Below are positions 1 through 12,957 of a stretch of DNA of 64,000 bases, piece by piece. How positions within the stretch are numbered: position 1 is the first letter of the stretch; each line of letters starts with the position of its first letter. The notes under the pieces were generated by a model that saw only the letters and a program-made list of their open reading frames with translations, did not search any database and had not been told where the DNA came from. The stretch spans positions 149,978,001-150,042,000 of the forward strand of contig OX597817.1 in assembly GCA_951406725.2 (NCBI GenBank), in the 5' to 3' direction. This DNA is from Octopus vulgaris. Taxonomy: Eukaryota. The translations under genes and the position numbers were made by a program.

Positions 1-9
1 GAGACCGGA

Positions 10-97
10 ACTCAACACAGCCTCGTGGACCACCAGATCCTGTCAAACCATCCAACCCATGTCAGCATGGAAAAAGGTGTGTTAAATGATGATGACG
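10..97 (+). mobile_element. RTE LINE 3'-end fragment (family D) with (GAT)n tail
   Basis: tcaaaccatccaacccatg..agcatggaaa..gttaaatgatgatg matches the 3' end of the RTE at 32950-34336. Confidence 0.65.
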
Positions 98-550
98 AGG
101 AGGATGAGGATGGGGAGGAGGAGGATTCCACTCAGTATGTAGCTTGCTCAACAGCGAATTGTACGTTTTAGAAACATTTCTAGATTTCATAGACCCTAAA
201 CTTGCCGATAATTCTATGTTCTCAACTACAACAAAGGATATCAAAAAAAAAAAATGGCTTCAAACGAAAGAAAATCTGGAAGTTGGATTAGGCATCCCAA
301 AATGATTAAAAAAAAAAAATAAAGACACAGAAATGATATAATGCTGTGCATGTAATCATATTCTATATGTAATCATTGCAATGATATAATCAATATTACT
401 GGGAGATAATAGAATGGATTCTCATTCTCCAACGCCCACCAAATGATTTACTGAATAACTACCACCGCTTTCTCTCCTTTTTATTTTACCATTTCAATCT
501 CTCTCTCTAACTTTCTTCTTTCCTTCTTCCTTCTAATATATATGTGTGTG

Positions 551-587
<37 letters not shown>

Positions 588-1305
588 CTTGCTCCCTCTT
601 TCTTAATATCAATGACTTAGCTTTCTCTCTCTTCAATCCAACAGCAATAATGATTGACAAGACTCCTAAAATAGACCTGCATAGCCCTTTCAAGCACACA
701 CCCCACAAACTTAACACAACTAAAATGGATATATGTGTGTACAAACACACACACACTCTTTTATTTCTTTCAATCAATGGACTGTGGCCATCATGCTGGA
801 TCACCACCTTCAAGGACTTAAATCAATAATATTACAAATACACACACATACAATGTTTATTATATCAACACAGTCCATCAAACTTTGATACTGTAAACAT
901 ATCTATCCACCCTGCTCAATGTACTGAGTTCTATGTCAGATGTTATTTGCACTTAGCAAAATATATTAAATACTAACTGGCCCCATGCTGTCAAAAATGA
1001 CGACTAATTGTAGTATTTTATATATAAATATGGATTGTAAATCAAATTAATACCCTTGTCAATGTTCAGATACATTCACATACTTCCCTTGTACACGCGC
1101 ACACATATACTCACAAAGAGTTGAAGCGCTGCTTGATTTTTCTTTTCGGCATTGAATGTTCACCATCCCACTACCAGTTTGCCATCACCCCTTCCTTCTT
1201 TATTCCCCTATCACTCCTTTCCTTTCTCATTCATATCTTGTGATGGAGAAAAACACAAGAGTATTATAAGAGTAGATGCTATACTGTTACAATATACATA
1301 TCATA

Positions 1306-1523
1306 TGGTGGCGAGCTGACAGAAACGTTAGCATGCCGGACGAGATGCTTAGCGGTATTTTGTCTGTTTTTACATTCTGAGTTCAAATTCTGCTGAAGTC
1401 GACTTTGCCTTTCATCCTTTCGGGGTGAATAAATTAAGTACCAGTTGTGTACTGAGGTCGATCTAATCGACTGGTACCCCCTCCCCAAAAGTTTCGGGCC
1501 TTGTGTATAGAATAGAAAAGAAT
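1306..1523 (+). mobile_element. tRNA-derived SINE family A (Nin/Deu-like central domain), tail type 1
   Basis: Head ggtggcgagctgacagaaacgttagc, B-box-like gagttcaaattc, core gtcgactttgcctttcatcctttcggggt..aaattaagtacc; many similar copies in window. Confidence 0.85.
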
Positions 1524-1779
1524 ATAAATATATCATCATCATCATCCTCATCACAGTAGTAAAGTCTACTTTTCTTTACTTGCTTAGACCAGACAGAATT
1601 CATTGAGGCAAATTTTTTTAGAGCTTGCTGCTCTTCCAAGAAATAAAGGAATGACCAATTCAGGTGTGTGTGTGTGTATTTCTCCATGATTGGACATGTT
1701 TTCTTAGAAGATTGGAAATGGATGACACTGCTTGCACAATGGCGATGCTCACTTACAACAATCACACATGTCAAGACTG

Positions 1780-2575
1780 GCACTCTATTATATATGATGG
1801 TGGGAGTTCCAGCTGATGCAATCAACAGAACAGCCTGCCTGTGAAATTAATATGAAAGTGGCTGAGCACTCCACAGACACACACACCCTTTATATAGTTC
1901 TCAAGGAGGTTCAGCCTGATATTGAATGTGTCAAGGCTGGCTTTTTAAATACCATAAATCCTTGAGTATAATCCGCATTTTTTCCCCAAAATTTAAAGGT
2001 CAAAATCCCTAGTGCATACTATATACGAGGTTAAAAATGAAAAATATTTTCTAAGCAATGTCCGAGTCTCTATTTGCTGTCCAGCAATGTTTATTCAGAC
2101 ACATTTTGTGATGTCGGACATGAAAATACCTTAAGCTAAGCCTGAAAGCAATGAAGTCATAAAAAAATCATCCATAACTTGCAGTAAGCAACATTTATTA
2201 AAATAAAAGTATTCAGAACACAGAATAACATGTAACAAAAACAATTTGCAAACATATTTACATTCCCATTATTGTATTACACATGCACGGAAGTGTTTGT
2301 TCGACTAGGTGCTGCTGGCTTAATTACGCACGACTCAAGTTAGAGAAGGGTTTAGGTTTTTCAGAGGCACAGCCCCCTAAAAATCCCCTGCGTATTATAC
2401 TCAAGGGCGGATTATACTCGAGGATTTATGGTAACAGGTACTATTCATTTTTGCTAGCTGAGTGGACTGGAGCAACATGAAATAAAGTGTCTTGCTCAAG
2501 GACAGAGTGACCACTGGGGATGGAACTCATGACAATATGATTATGAACTGACTACCCTAACCACTTCGCCACATA
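1780..2575 (-). mobile_element. tRNA-derived CORE-like SINE family C, split by a MITE
   Basis: Reverse complement of the copy at 10547-10822 (tgtccttgagcaagacactttatttca..ctccagtccactcagc). Confidence 0.75.
1952..2431. mobile_element. Tc1/mariner-pogo-type MITE
   Basis: ~25-bp TIR ccataaatcct(t/c)gagtataatccgc at 1952-1976 and 2407-2431, TA on both sides, inserted within a family C SINE. Confidence 0.85.
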
Positions 2576-3354
2576 CTCACACACAATTGCTCACTCACAA
2601 GGATTTGGTAGGCCTTGGGCTATGGTAGAAGATTCTTGCCCAAGGTACTACACAGTAGGATTGAACTTGAAACCATGTGGTTGGGAAGCAAACATTTTAA
2701 CCACATCACCATACAATGCCTACATGCATGTATCTGTGTTAACAACTAATGCATCATCTACGATTTAATTTAATTAAACTGTATACATAATTTTGGGGAT
2801 ATCTTTATATACTCCAATAGTTTTAGGACAATATGAAGAAGAACGAGATGAAATGAGCAGAGATAGAAATAACCTTATTGGAAAGAAGAAAGTAAGGAAA
2901 CCTATTTAAAGGCAGTTGTGAAGGTAGGGAGACTGGAGGGGAAGAGGCTAAGTGGCATTTAAAAAATTAATTCCAAAAATTAAAAGATTTATGAACGGTA
3001 AGTGGCATGTGGGATACGATACTGAAGAGTAGAATTTAGAGGAGAAAAAAGAGGCTGCTATCAGTAAGTACTTTCTAACAACTTGGTTCTCTCTCCATCT
3101 CGCTTTCTCTCTCTCTCTCTCACACACACACACAACTGCATATCCATATGGAGAGAGAGAAGGTGGGGTCACTTATTCATTAGATTGTTTCATTACATTA
3201 TAACCTGCAGGATTTTTTTTTCAATCTTACAAATCTTACAGTATTTTCAAAGTGACTAGTTCATTAACAAGCCCCTACATACACACACACACACATACAC
3301 ACATGCATACACATATGCATACACACACATACATACAGACACCTGAATAAGTCA

Positions 3355-3995
3355 TTCTTTTATTCTTTAATTTGTTTCAGCCATTTGACTGCTGCCATGC
3401 TGGAGCATTGCCTTTAGTCGAACAAATCGACCCCAGGATTTATTCTTTGTAAGCCTAGTACTTATTCTATCAGTCTCTTTTGCCGAACTGCTAAGTTACA
3501 GAGACGCAAACACACCAGCATCAGTTGTCAAGCAATGAAGGGGTACAAACACAGACACACAAACCTATACATATATATATATACATACAACGGGCCTTTT
3601 TCAGTTTCTTATTTCTTATTTCTTTATTGCCCACAAGGGGCTAAACATAGAGGGGACAAACAAGGACAGACAATAGGATTAAGTTGATTACATCAACCCC
3701 AGTGCATAATCAGTACTTAATTTATCGACCCTGAAAGGATGAAAGGCAAAGTCAACCTCGGCGGAATTTGAACTCAAAACGTAACAGTAGACGAAATACC
3801 GCTAAGCATTTCGTCCAGCGTGCTAACGATTCTGCCAGCTCACCACCTTAACCGTTTTCAGTTTCTGTCTACTGAATCCACTCATAAGGCTTTGGTCAGC
3901 CCGAGGCTATAGTAGAAGACACTTGTCCAAGGTGCCACGCAGTGGGACTGAACCCAGAACCATGTGGTTGGGAAGCAAGCTACTTACCACACAGC
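3355..3995 (-). mobile_element. SINE family B (tRNA head, CORE-like gcaccttgggcaagtgtctt, internal microsatellite) with a nested family A copy
   Basis: Reverse complement of the copy at 37194-37609; nested A at ~3610-3848 flanked by ttttcagtttct repeats (3598-3609 and 3855-3866). Confidence 0.85.
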
Positions 3996-4101
3996 TGATA
4001 AAAATAAAATTCCAGTTATAAATTTTACAATAAATATACCTCTACTTTTAGTATTCAGTCTCTCCATCAGTAAATGTTTCACTGGTATTTTTGAAATTAC
4101 T

Positions 4102-4329
4102 TTAACCTTTTAGCATTCAAATCAGCCTTATCCGGCCCAAATATTCTATTTTATGTTTACACCATCCAAATCTGGCCTTTCACACCTACACTACAACATC
4201 ATTCTCAAGATGAACAATAGATTACATTAACAAAATATTGAAGCCACAAAGTAATCCATATTTAATTCAAAACAATGTCAATAAATAAGTAATACACTTA
4301 ACCGAATAATCTGGATGTTAATGGGTCAA
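4102..4329. mobile_element. piggyBac-like MITE (family M1), degenerate
   Basis: Starts ttaaccttttagcatt and ends aatgggtcaa; homologous to 37875-38099 and 58314-58542. Confidence 0.65.
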
Positions 4330-4566
4330 GTAACAATCTTAAATAAAGAACCATCAAACACACATGCACACACACATTCTTTTACTTGTCCCTATCATTG
4401 AAATGCAGCTATGCTGGAGCACTGTCTTCAGGGTTTTTTAGTCATATCAACCCTGGTGCTACTTTCATTTAGCCTGGTTCTTATTTATTTCTATTAATCA
4501 AATAATTAAACAAACATATCTTGTTGTATCTTGGGAGGGTCATTATGCCAATAATGATAAAGCCCA

Positions 4567-4720
4567 GGAAGCCAGGAGGCTACATCAGGCTCCAGTCTGT
4601 TTCAACTGTAGAAATACTGCCAGAACAGACTAGAGCCTGATGCAGCCTCCTGGCTTCCCAAACCCCGGTCAAACCATCCAACCCATGCTAGCATGGAAAG
4701 CGGATGTTAAACGATGATGA
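4567..4720 (+). mobile_element. RTE 3'-end fragment (family D) with inverted 5' segment
   Basis: D tail ending acgatgatga; 4567-4601 is the inverted copy of 4624-4658. Confidence 0.75.
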
Positions 4721-4734
4721 ATAAACACATAAAG

Positions 4735-5163
4735 ATGGCGAGCTGGCAGAAACATTAGCACGCTAGGTGAAATGCTTAGCGGTATTTCATCTGCCTTTAC
4801 ATTCTGAGTTCAAATTCCGCCGAGGTCAACTTTGCATTTCATCCTTTCAGGAGTCAATAAATTAAGTACCAGTTGCATACTGGATTTTTATCTAATCAAC
4901 TGGCCCCCTCCTCAAAAATTTCAGGCCTTGAGCCTAGAGTAGACAAGATTATTTATTATAGTTGTTAAGGTGGTGAGCTGGCAGAGATGTTAGCATGCTG
5001 GGCAAAATGCTTAGCCGTTTTTAGTCTGTCCTTATGTTCTGAGTTCAAATTCCGCTGATGTCAACTTTGCTTTCCAATAAATTAAGTACCAGTTGCATAC
5101 TGGGGTTGATCTAATCAACTGGCTCCCTCCCCCAAAATTTCAGGCATTGTGCCTAGAGTAGAG
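4735..5163 (+). mobile_element. Two adjacent family A SINEs
   Basis: Two heads (4735, 4969), each with the Nin-like core and tail type 1. Confidence 0.8.
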
Positions 5164-5253
5164 TATAATAATAAATACATACACTGGTTCAATATCACTT
5201 TTTTATTATTAGTCATCTGGTTAAATATCTAGCCAACTGACTCATAATGAATT

Positions 5254-5403
5254 CATCATCATCATCATTTAACGTCCGCTTTCCATGCTAGCATGAGTTG
5301 GACGGTTCAACTGGGGTCTGGGGAGCCCGAAGGCTGCACCAGGCCAGTCAGATCTAGCAGTGTTTCTACAGCTGGATGCCCTTCCTAACGCCAACCACTC
5401 CGA
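5254..5403 (-). mobile_element. RTE 3'-end fragment (family D)
   Basis: (CAT)n then tttaacgtccgctttccatgctagcatg..ctggatgcccttcctaacgccaaccactcc. Confidence 0.8.
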
Positions 5404-5797
5404 ATACAAAATCAAAATAGGCAAATCTGTTTTTAGTGGTATAAATGGATACCACTCAATATAAGGACAATTGTTTGTTTGTTTCTTCTCGAGCCATGCA
5501 TGGCTTATAAGAGCCAGTTTCCCAGTTTCCTTGGCGTATAGGTTCCCCACCTGGACGGGACGCCGTTCTGTCGCAGGTGAGCTATAAGATGCAGGAAGAA
5601 AGAGTGAGAGAAAGTTGTGGCAAAAGAGTCAGCAAAAGTTCGCCATTACCTTCTGCCGGAGCTGCGTGGAGCTCATGATTTGAGAAGCAAGTTTCTTTAT
5701 CATGCCACCATGCCTATACCTATCAATTTAGTAATCCATTTACACACACACACATTTTTGGTTTCTTTTGAAGAAACTCAAATGCAAATGAAACATT

Positions 5798-6106
5798 CAG
5801 TAACCCCTCAACTATCGCAGGTGTTACATTCCAAAACCCCCCCACGATAGGTGAAAATCCACAAAGTAGAAACAGTACTGTATTTGTCGTTTAACGTCCG
5901 CTTTCCATACTGGCATGGGTTGGAGGGTTTGACTGAGGACTGGCAAGCCAGAAGGATGCACCATTTTCTATTATTTTTATAATTTGTATATATTTATTTC
6001 ATTATAAATGCAAAACAACACCACGGAGGAATCGACATAAGCTTAAATAATAAACTGAGATAGGTGAACCGCGATAAGTGAACCGCGATATGGCAAGGGG
6101 TTACTG
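5798..6106. mobile_element. pogo/Tigger-like MITE containing a short family D insertion (~5887-5963)
   Basis: TIR cagtaacccct / aggggttactg with subterminal gaaccgcgata repeats; TA TSD not preserved. Confidence 0.7.
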
Positions 6107-6304
6107 ATTATAACAAATAATATCTTTAATAACATATAAGAGGTTAGATGAAATACTCTTTAGAATCATTTATGGGGAATACTGGTTTCAAATTTTGGCG
6201 CAAGGCCAGCAGCTAGTCAATTTCTTTGACCCCAGTGTCAGCTGGTATTTATTTTATCAACCCCCCAAAAGGATAGAAAGCAAAGACAACCTCAGCAGAA
6301 TTTG

Positions 6305-6761
6305 TGTCAGTGGCACACAAAAAGCACCATTTGAGCATGGTTGATGCCAGTGCTGCCTGACTGGCTCCTGTGCCAGTGGTATGGAAAAGGTATCATTCAA
6401 GGGTGGTCAATGCCAGTACCACCTGATTGGCTCCCATGCCGGTAGCACATAAAAGGTACCATTCGAGCATGTTTAATGCCAGTGCCGCCTGACTGACCCT
6501 TGTGCCAGTGGCATGTAAAAGTACCATCCAAACATGGTTGATTCCAGTACTGCTTGACTGGCCCCCATGCTGGTGGCATGTAAAAAGCACCCACTACACT
6601 ATTGGAGTGGTTGGTGTTAAGAAGGGACATCCAGCTGTACAAACCTTGCCAGATCAGACTGGAACCTGCTGCGGTCTCCTGACTAGCCAATCCTCTGTGA
6701 AACCATCTAAAACCCATGTCAGCATGGAAAGTGGATGTTAAACGATGCTGATGATGATGAT
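6305..6761 (+). mobile_element. RTE 3' UTR fragment (family D) with 4-5 VNTR units, inserted into a family A SINE
   Basis: Repeated gtgccagtggcac..aaaagcaccattcgagc units then D tail; split family A halves at ~6185-6302 and ~6762-6828. Confidence 0.8.
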
Positions 6762-6973
6762 AAAGACAGACAAAATGCCATTAAGCATTTTGTGCGATGT
6801 GGTAAAGACTCAGCCAGCTCACCACCTTATTTATGGGGAATATTACAAGATGTTTTATGTCCATTTATTTATCTATGATTTTTCTGCAACTGAGCTTCTT
6901 TAAAAAGATTTATTTAAAAATTTCTTAATGCTTCAGACAAACCAAAATGTGTGTGCATGGTGTTAGCATGCAT

Positions 6974-6974
<1 letters not shown>

Positions 6975-7052
<78 letters not shown>
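6975..7052. repeat. (AG)n microsatellite
   Basis: Perfect dinucleotide run. Confidence 0.98.
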
Positions 7053-7055
<3 letters not shown>

Positions 7056-7247
7056 ATGTGACACTGGAAACAGAAATAAGGTAGGGCTGCCTGCTAAGAA
7101 GTCTTGGAACATTGATTATTCCATACATCTTGCATCACATATATCCAGATACTCTAAGTAGTAATGGAGCTTCAAATCAATAAATTCTACTACAAGTATT
7201 GAGTACATTTTCCTCTCATTTGTTTATGTAAATATATATAAAAAGAT

Positions 7248-7570
7248 GCCCTTCAGTCATGAATGACCATGAGGTTGCACCTAAAAAGTTAGCATCCAAG
7301 GCACAGGTCTGAGCAAGGTTGTTTATCGAAGACCTGCAGTCACCCATGCATACCAGCCTCCCTTCTCCAGGCCACTGATGTTATCTAAGGGAAAGGCAAA
7401 GACTGATACAGCTTGGCAGTAATGATGCCGCAACTCATTTCTACAGATGAGTGAACTGGAGCAACGTGAAATAAAGTATATTCCTCAAGAACACAACACA
7501 CAGCTTGGGCCAGGAATCAAACTCTACTACCTCTTGATTGTGTGCCCGACACCCTAACCATGGAGCCATG
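7248..7570 (-). mobile_element. CORE-like tRNA SINE (family C variant)
   Basis: Homologous to 26403-26720; tRNA-like head on the minus strand at ~7510-7570. Confidence 0.75.
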
Positions 7571-7588
7571 CATGTGTGAGTGTGTGTG

Positions 7589-8474
<886 letters not shown>

Positions 8475-8702
8475 GGTAACGAGCTGGCAGAATCATTTGC
8501 ACACCAGGCGAAATGCTTAGTTGTATTTCTTCTGCTGCTACATTCTAAGTTCAAATTCCACTGAGATTGACTTTGCCTTTCATCCTTTTGGGGTTGATTA
8601 AATAAATACCAGTTACACACTGGGGTCGATATAATCAACTTAATCCCTTTGTCTGTCCTTTGTCCCTTCTATGTTTAGCCCCTTGTGGGCAATAAAGAAA
8701 TA
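8475..8702 (+). mobile_element. Family A SINE, tail type 2
   Basis: Head, Nin-like core, tail ttaatccc(g)tttgtctgtcc..gccccttgtgggcaataaagaaat. Confidence 0.8.
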
Positions 8703-8999
8703 TGTGTATATATAAACAAAAAATGTATAAACAAACGATGTAACGTATACTGAATGTAAAAACAAATGGGAGACATATAGAAGGTCTATAATTCTTCATC
8801 AGTTAGCGACCAATTGATACTGTTCAGTTTCGCACCTTTAACAATAAGACCGAGTGCTCCCCAATTGGCGGTGCATGCAAAAAAAATGGTTTTCTTGTGT
8901 AGAATTAGGGACAAAAGCAAACAAAACAAAACAGGCAAAACAACACAGAATATGATTTAGGACAGTGGACGAGGATGAACAAAGAAAATACAGCCTTGG

Positions 9000-9409
9000 C
9001 AGAGAGCTGGCAGAAACATTAGCATGCCAAGTGAAATGCTTAGCGGTATTTCGTCTGCCGTTACATTCCGAGTTCAAATTCCACCGAGGTCGACTTTGCC
9101 TTTCATCCTTTCGGGGTCAATAAATTAAGTACCAGTTACGCACTGGAGTCAATATAATCAACTTAATCCGTTTGTCTGTCCTTGTTTGTCCTCTCTGTGA
9201 TTAGCCCCTTGTGGGTAGTAAAGAAATAGGTATTTCGTCTGCCATTACGTTCTGAGTTCAAATTCCGCCGAGGTCGACTTTGCGTTTCATCCTTTCGGGG
9301 TTGATAAATTAAGTACCAGTTATGTACTGGAGTCAATATAATCAACTTAATCCGTTTGTCTGTCCTTGTTTGTCCCCTCTGTGTAGCCCCTTGTGGGTAG
9401 TAAAGAAAT
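9000..9409 (+). mobile_element. Dimeric family A SINE
   Basis: 184-bp period (9046 and 9230); flanking direct repeat aagaaaatac(a/g)gccttgg at 8982-8999 and 9410-9427. Confidence 0.85.
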
Positions 9410-9899
9410 AAGAAAATACGGCCTTGGGGCCAAGGAGACGAGAATAGTGCGTAATGCTTAGAAAATGTCTTGAAGGATGGAGATATGATCAACTAAAGCC
9501 CTTCATGGCTGTGCCTGAGCATGTGCACAATGTAAAGATTAAAACAAGACAAGTAAAAGAGAACATATTTATTATGTCTTCCTTTCCCTTATGTAGGTCA
9601 ACAGTTATTTTAATATTGCTATTGTAACTTGTAGAATATTTTTGCTGATCATTAGTAGTTGGAGAATTTCTAGAAGGAGAAAATTATTCTTTCATTGAAG
9701 TTGGAAATATGTTAATTTATTCTGTTACTTGACTCAATATCATTTCTCTGAACTAGATCGAGAGATTTTTCTTGTAAAGCTCACCATTAATTTATGCACC
9801 TTTTCAGTATTATTTGTTGTTCAGTCAGGTAATAAGTGTATGAAGGTTTGGTTTGGGTTGGGTTGAGAAACTGGCTCAAGGGAAAATAAGTTTGAGAAA

Positions 9900-10290
9900 T
9901 TATTGAAATAAAAAGAAAAGAAATGAATATACTAAATAAATATAATAGATAAATATATATAATAGATAAATCAATAAAGGAATAAAGGTATAATATAGAA
10001 GCTGAAGACAAAAATAGACAAATGCTAAGAAATAAAGCTGGGAGGAGAAAGATGGAGATTGGAAAGGAAAGACAAGGAGGGAAAAAAGCGATAGAAAGAA
10101 AGTAAGAAGGGATAATATAGAGAGAAGACAGAAATAGAAAAGGAAAAGATAGAAGAAAGAAAGAAAGAATGGTGGAAGGAAAAAGGTTTGGAAAATAGGC
10201 AGAAAAGCAAGAAAAATGCAAAAAGCGAGGACAAGTAGGAATGAAGGAAAGAAAAGAAGTGAAATTAATGAGTGCAAAAAATAGACAGAA
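9900..10290. repeat. Purine-rich (GAA/GGAA/AAAG) low-complexity tract
   Basis: Strong strand asymmetry; gives the F/L/S-rich minus-strand ORFs. Confidence 0.8.
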
Positions 10291-10486
10291 AATAATTCTT
10301 TTAATTTTGGCACAAGGCCAGCAATTTTAAAGGGGGGGACAAGTCAATTACATCAACTGTGGCACTTGACTGATACTTTATTTTATGGACCCTAAAATGC
10401 CTTGGTGGCATTTGAAAAGAAATGGTAAAGAACCAGGAGAAATGCCACTAAGCATTTTGTCTGATGTTCTAAAGATTTTGCCAGCT

Positions 10487-11200
10487 TTAACCCTTAAACA
10501 TTCAGATTATTCTGTCAAAATTAATATTTATTTATTCATATTGTAGGGAAGGCACATGGCTTAGTGGTTAGGGTGTTCGGCTTATGATTGTAAGGTCATG
10601 AGTTCAATTCTCAATGATGTGTTATGTCCTTGAGCAAGACACTTTATTTCACATTGCTCCAGCCCACTCAGCAGGCAAAAATGAGTTGTGCCTATATTTC
10701 AAGGGGCTGGCCTTGTCACACTTGTGTCACACTGAATCTCCCCGAGAATTGCGTTGGGGTTACATGTGTTTATGGAGTGCTCAGCCACTTTCACATTAAT
10801 TTCACGAGCAGGCTGTTTCGGAGTGCTTACATTCATATTTTGAATTAATCATGCATTATCTTATAGCTTCAAGATTTCAATGAATGTCATTGTAGGGTAA
10901 GCGTGAGAGGCTGGATCTGGCCAGTTTGAACATAAAACAGACAGATGCAGCACAAAATTTTGTCAGTAAACAGGTCACTGTCTCAAAGCAACGAAAATAT
11001 TTTGACAAATTAAATTTAAATGTTAAAGTGAAACTAACGGTTTTTGTGTGTTTCTTAAATCATTTATAAACACCTTCCATGCTGCAATTGTTTTCATTCC
11101 AGCACACGATCTCAGATCAAGTCACTCGCTATGCAAGTACATCTCCGTAAGACAGAATATTTTTGGCTGGATATGACTCGTTTAAAAGTTAAAGGGTTAA
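10487..11200. mobile_element. piggyBac-like MITE (M1) carrying nested family C SINE (10547-10822) and hammerhead element (10946-11149)
   Basis: Ends ttaaccctt / aaagggttaa; the M1 body resumes on each side of both insertions. Confidence 0.75.
10959..11009 (+). ncRNA. Degenerate minimal hammerhead-like motif with G3-C8 core
   Basis: tttgtca-GTAAACA-ggtcac..gcaac-GAAA-atat-TT-tgacaaa: 7-bp stem I, palindromic aatatt stem III; G5 appears mutated to A. Confidence 0.5.
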
Positions 11201-11856
11201 GTAAGAAAATAATGATTCCATAAACAGGTACAAAGCCATACATTCTTGAGGTGGGTGGAGAGGTAGCAATCGTAGATTAAATTAATTCTCTGTTATTTGA
11301 CTAATACTTTATACTATTAATCCTAGAAGAATGAAAGGCAAAGTTGACCCCAGTCATATTGTGAAATAAGATCCACAGCCTATCTAAAGCTCTAAATAAG
11401 GGTTTAGTAATCCTACAAGAGACATGTGCGAACCAAGACAGCTGTGTAAACTAAGCCAGCTGCATCGACCAAATCCTTGTGAATGAATTTGGTAAACTGA
11501 AAGAAAGCCATTGCATGTGTATTAGTGCATATGTGTGTGTCTTTGTGTATGTGTGCATATATCTAGTCAAATCTAGTGGTGGTCTGTTCTTGCACAGGTC
11601 CTGTGCATGTGAGCCTTCTCCAGCACTCTCTATATGACCTAGGAGGGCCCATGTCCTCCTCTGCCACCATTATGTGAATCTAACACCTTAACCATTAGGC
11701 CATGTGCCTTCAACTGATACACAGTAATTACTATAAGCTGTAGATAATATCAGCGACCAATCACTATGCAGTTCTATATTTAAGAGATGAGGAATTATGT
11801 ACATTATTTACGTTATTTACATTTGACGGATATTTATCCTCATCTTGTTTGTTGTT

Positions 11857-11902
11857 AACACAACATTTCAGCTGATATACCCTCTAGCCTTCATCAGGTG
11901 TC
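11857..11902 (-). ncRNA. Minimal type-I hammerhead ribozyme motif
   Basis: Minus strand gacac-CTGATGA-aggct..agct-GAAA-tg-TT-gtgtt. Confidence 0.7.
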
Positions 11903-12128
11903 TTGGGGAAACTTCGAACCTGGGTTCTCATTCCTAAGGTATTTTTCGATGTTGTTGTTATTATTATTATTATTCAGGTCACTGTTTGGAATCAAACTCG
12001 GAATCTTGGAGTTAAGAGCGTGGGCTACTAACCCCAAGATTCAGACTTCAATTCTAAGCAGTGACCTGAATAATAATAACATCGAAAAATACCTTAGGAA
12101 TGAGAACCCAGGTTCGAAATTTCCCCAA

Positions 12129-12174
12129 GACACCTGATGAAGGCTGGAGGGTATATCAGCCAAAACGTTGTGTT
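12129..12174 (+). ncRNA. Minimal type-I hammerhead ribozyme motif (G12A)
   Basis: gacac-CTGATGA-aggctg..cagcc-AAAA-cg-TT-gtgtt. Confidence 0.65.
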
Positions 12175-12957
12175 AATAACAAACAAGATAAAGACAAATA
12201 TCTGTCAAATGTAAATAATGTAAATAATGTACCAATCATTATATGATCAATATACAATATCAAACAAAACATTTAAGATGGACATGCATGACAAGTGTTT
12301 TGAACATCCCAATAATAAATCTACTATACCATACTACTTTGGAAGTGAGTTTATCTCATTAATTCTTCTACCACCAGAAATCAGTACAAGTGTTTTAATT
12401 CTAGTAATTGACTAATTATATTAATGCGGCCAGTTTTCTCCACAAAATTGTAAATTCTGTTTCTATTACTGTAGATCAATAATTCATAAAAAATACAAAA
12501 AGAAGCCGATGTACTCTGGGTGGTTCCCAACCAAGTAAATTATTTTCAAATACATCCACCCATTATTGTCGTTTTTCCAGACTAGAATATAAAATTTACA
12601 ATTTATGACATGCAACATCCGACAGAGCTTCTTCTTATTCATCAGAATAATCAATGTTTTCTTGTATTCATTGCTTAAATAAACCACGTAGAATGACTAA
12701 ATTTTTTATACAAAACAACTTAGAATCTATTATTCCACAGCAATTTGTATTCAGCAAGCGATGAACATACATTTCGGTAGCAAACATTGAAATTAATGAG
12801 TTTTGTGATGTAGGTTACCCTTATTGATTACTTTCTGAATTTACTAAATCCTGATTTGCCATACCCAAGAATATGGCGCTTACATCTAGATAGGATCAGC
12901 TGCCTGCTTTGATTTTCAAAGAATTACAATAATTCTTAAAAAAAAAAAATGTAGCCA

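Larger units (their letters stand above)
11770..12232. mobile_element. Inverted pair of a tRNA-headed, hammerhead-bearing short retroelement (Penelope-like tail)
   Basis: 11799-~12011 is the reverse complement of ~12031-12232; centre has tRNA-like gttaagagcgtgggctactaaccccaagattc. Confidence 0.75.

Noticed and set aside
9787-10313. Hydrophobic membrane-protein-like ORFs (also 43749-44032)
   Set aside because: Produced by purine/pyrimidine low-complexity tracts
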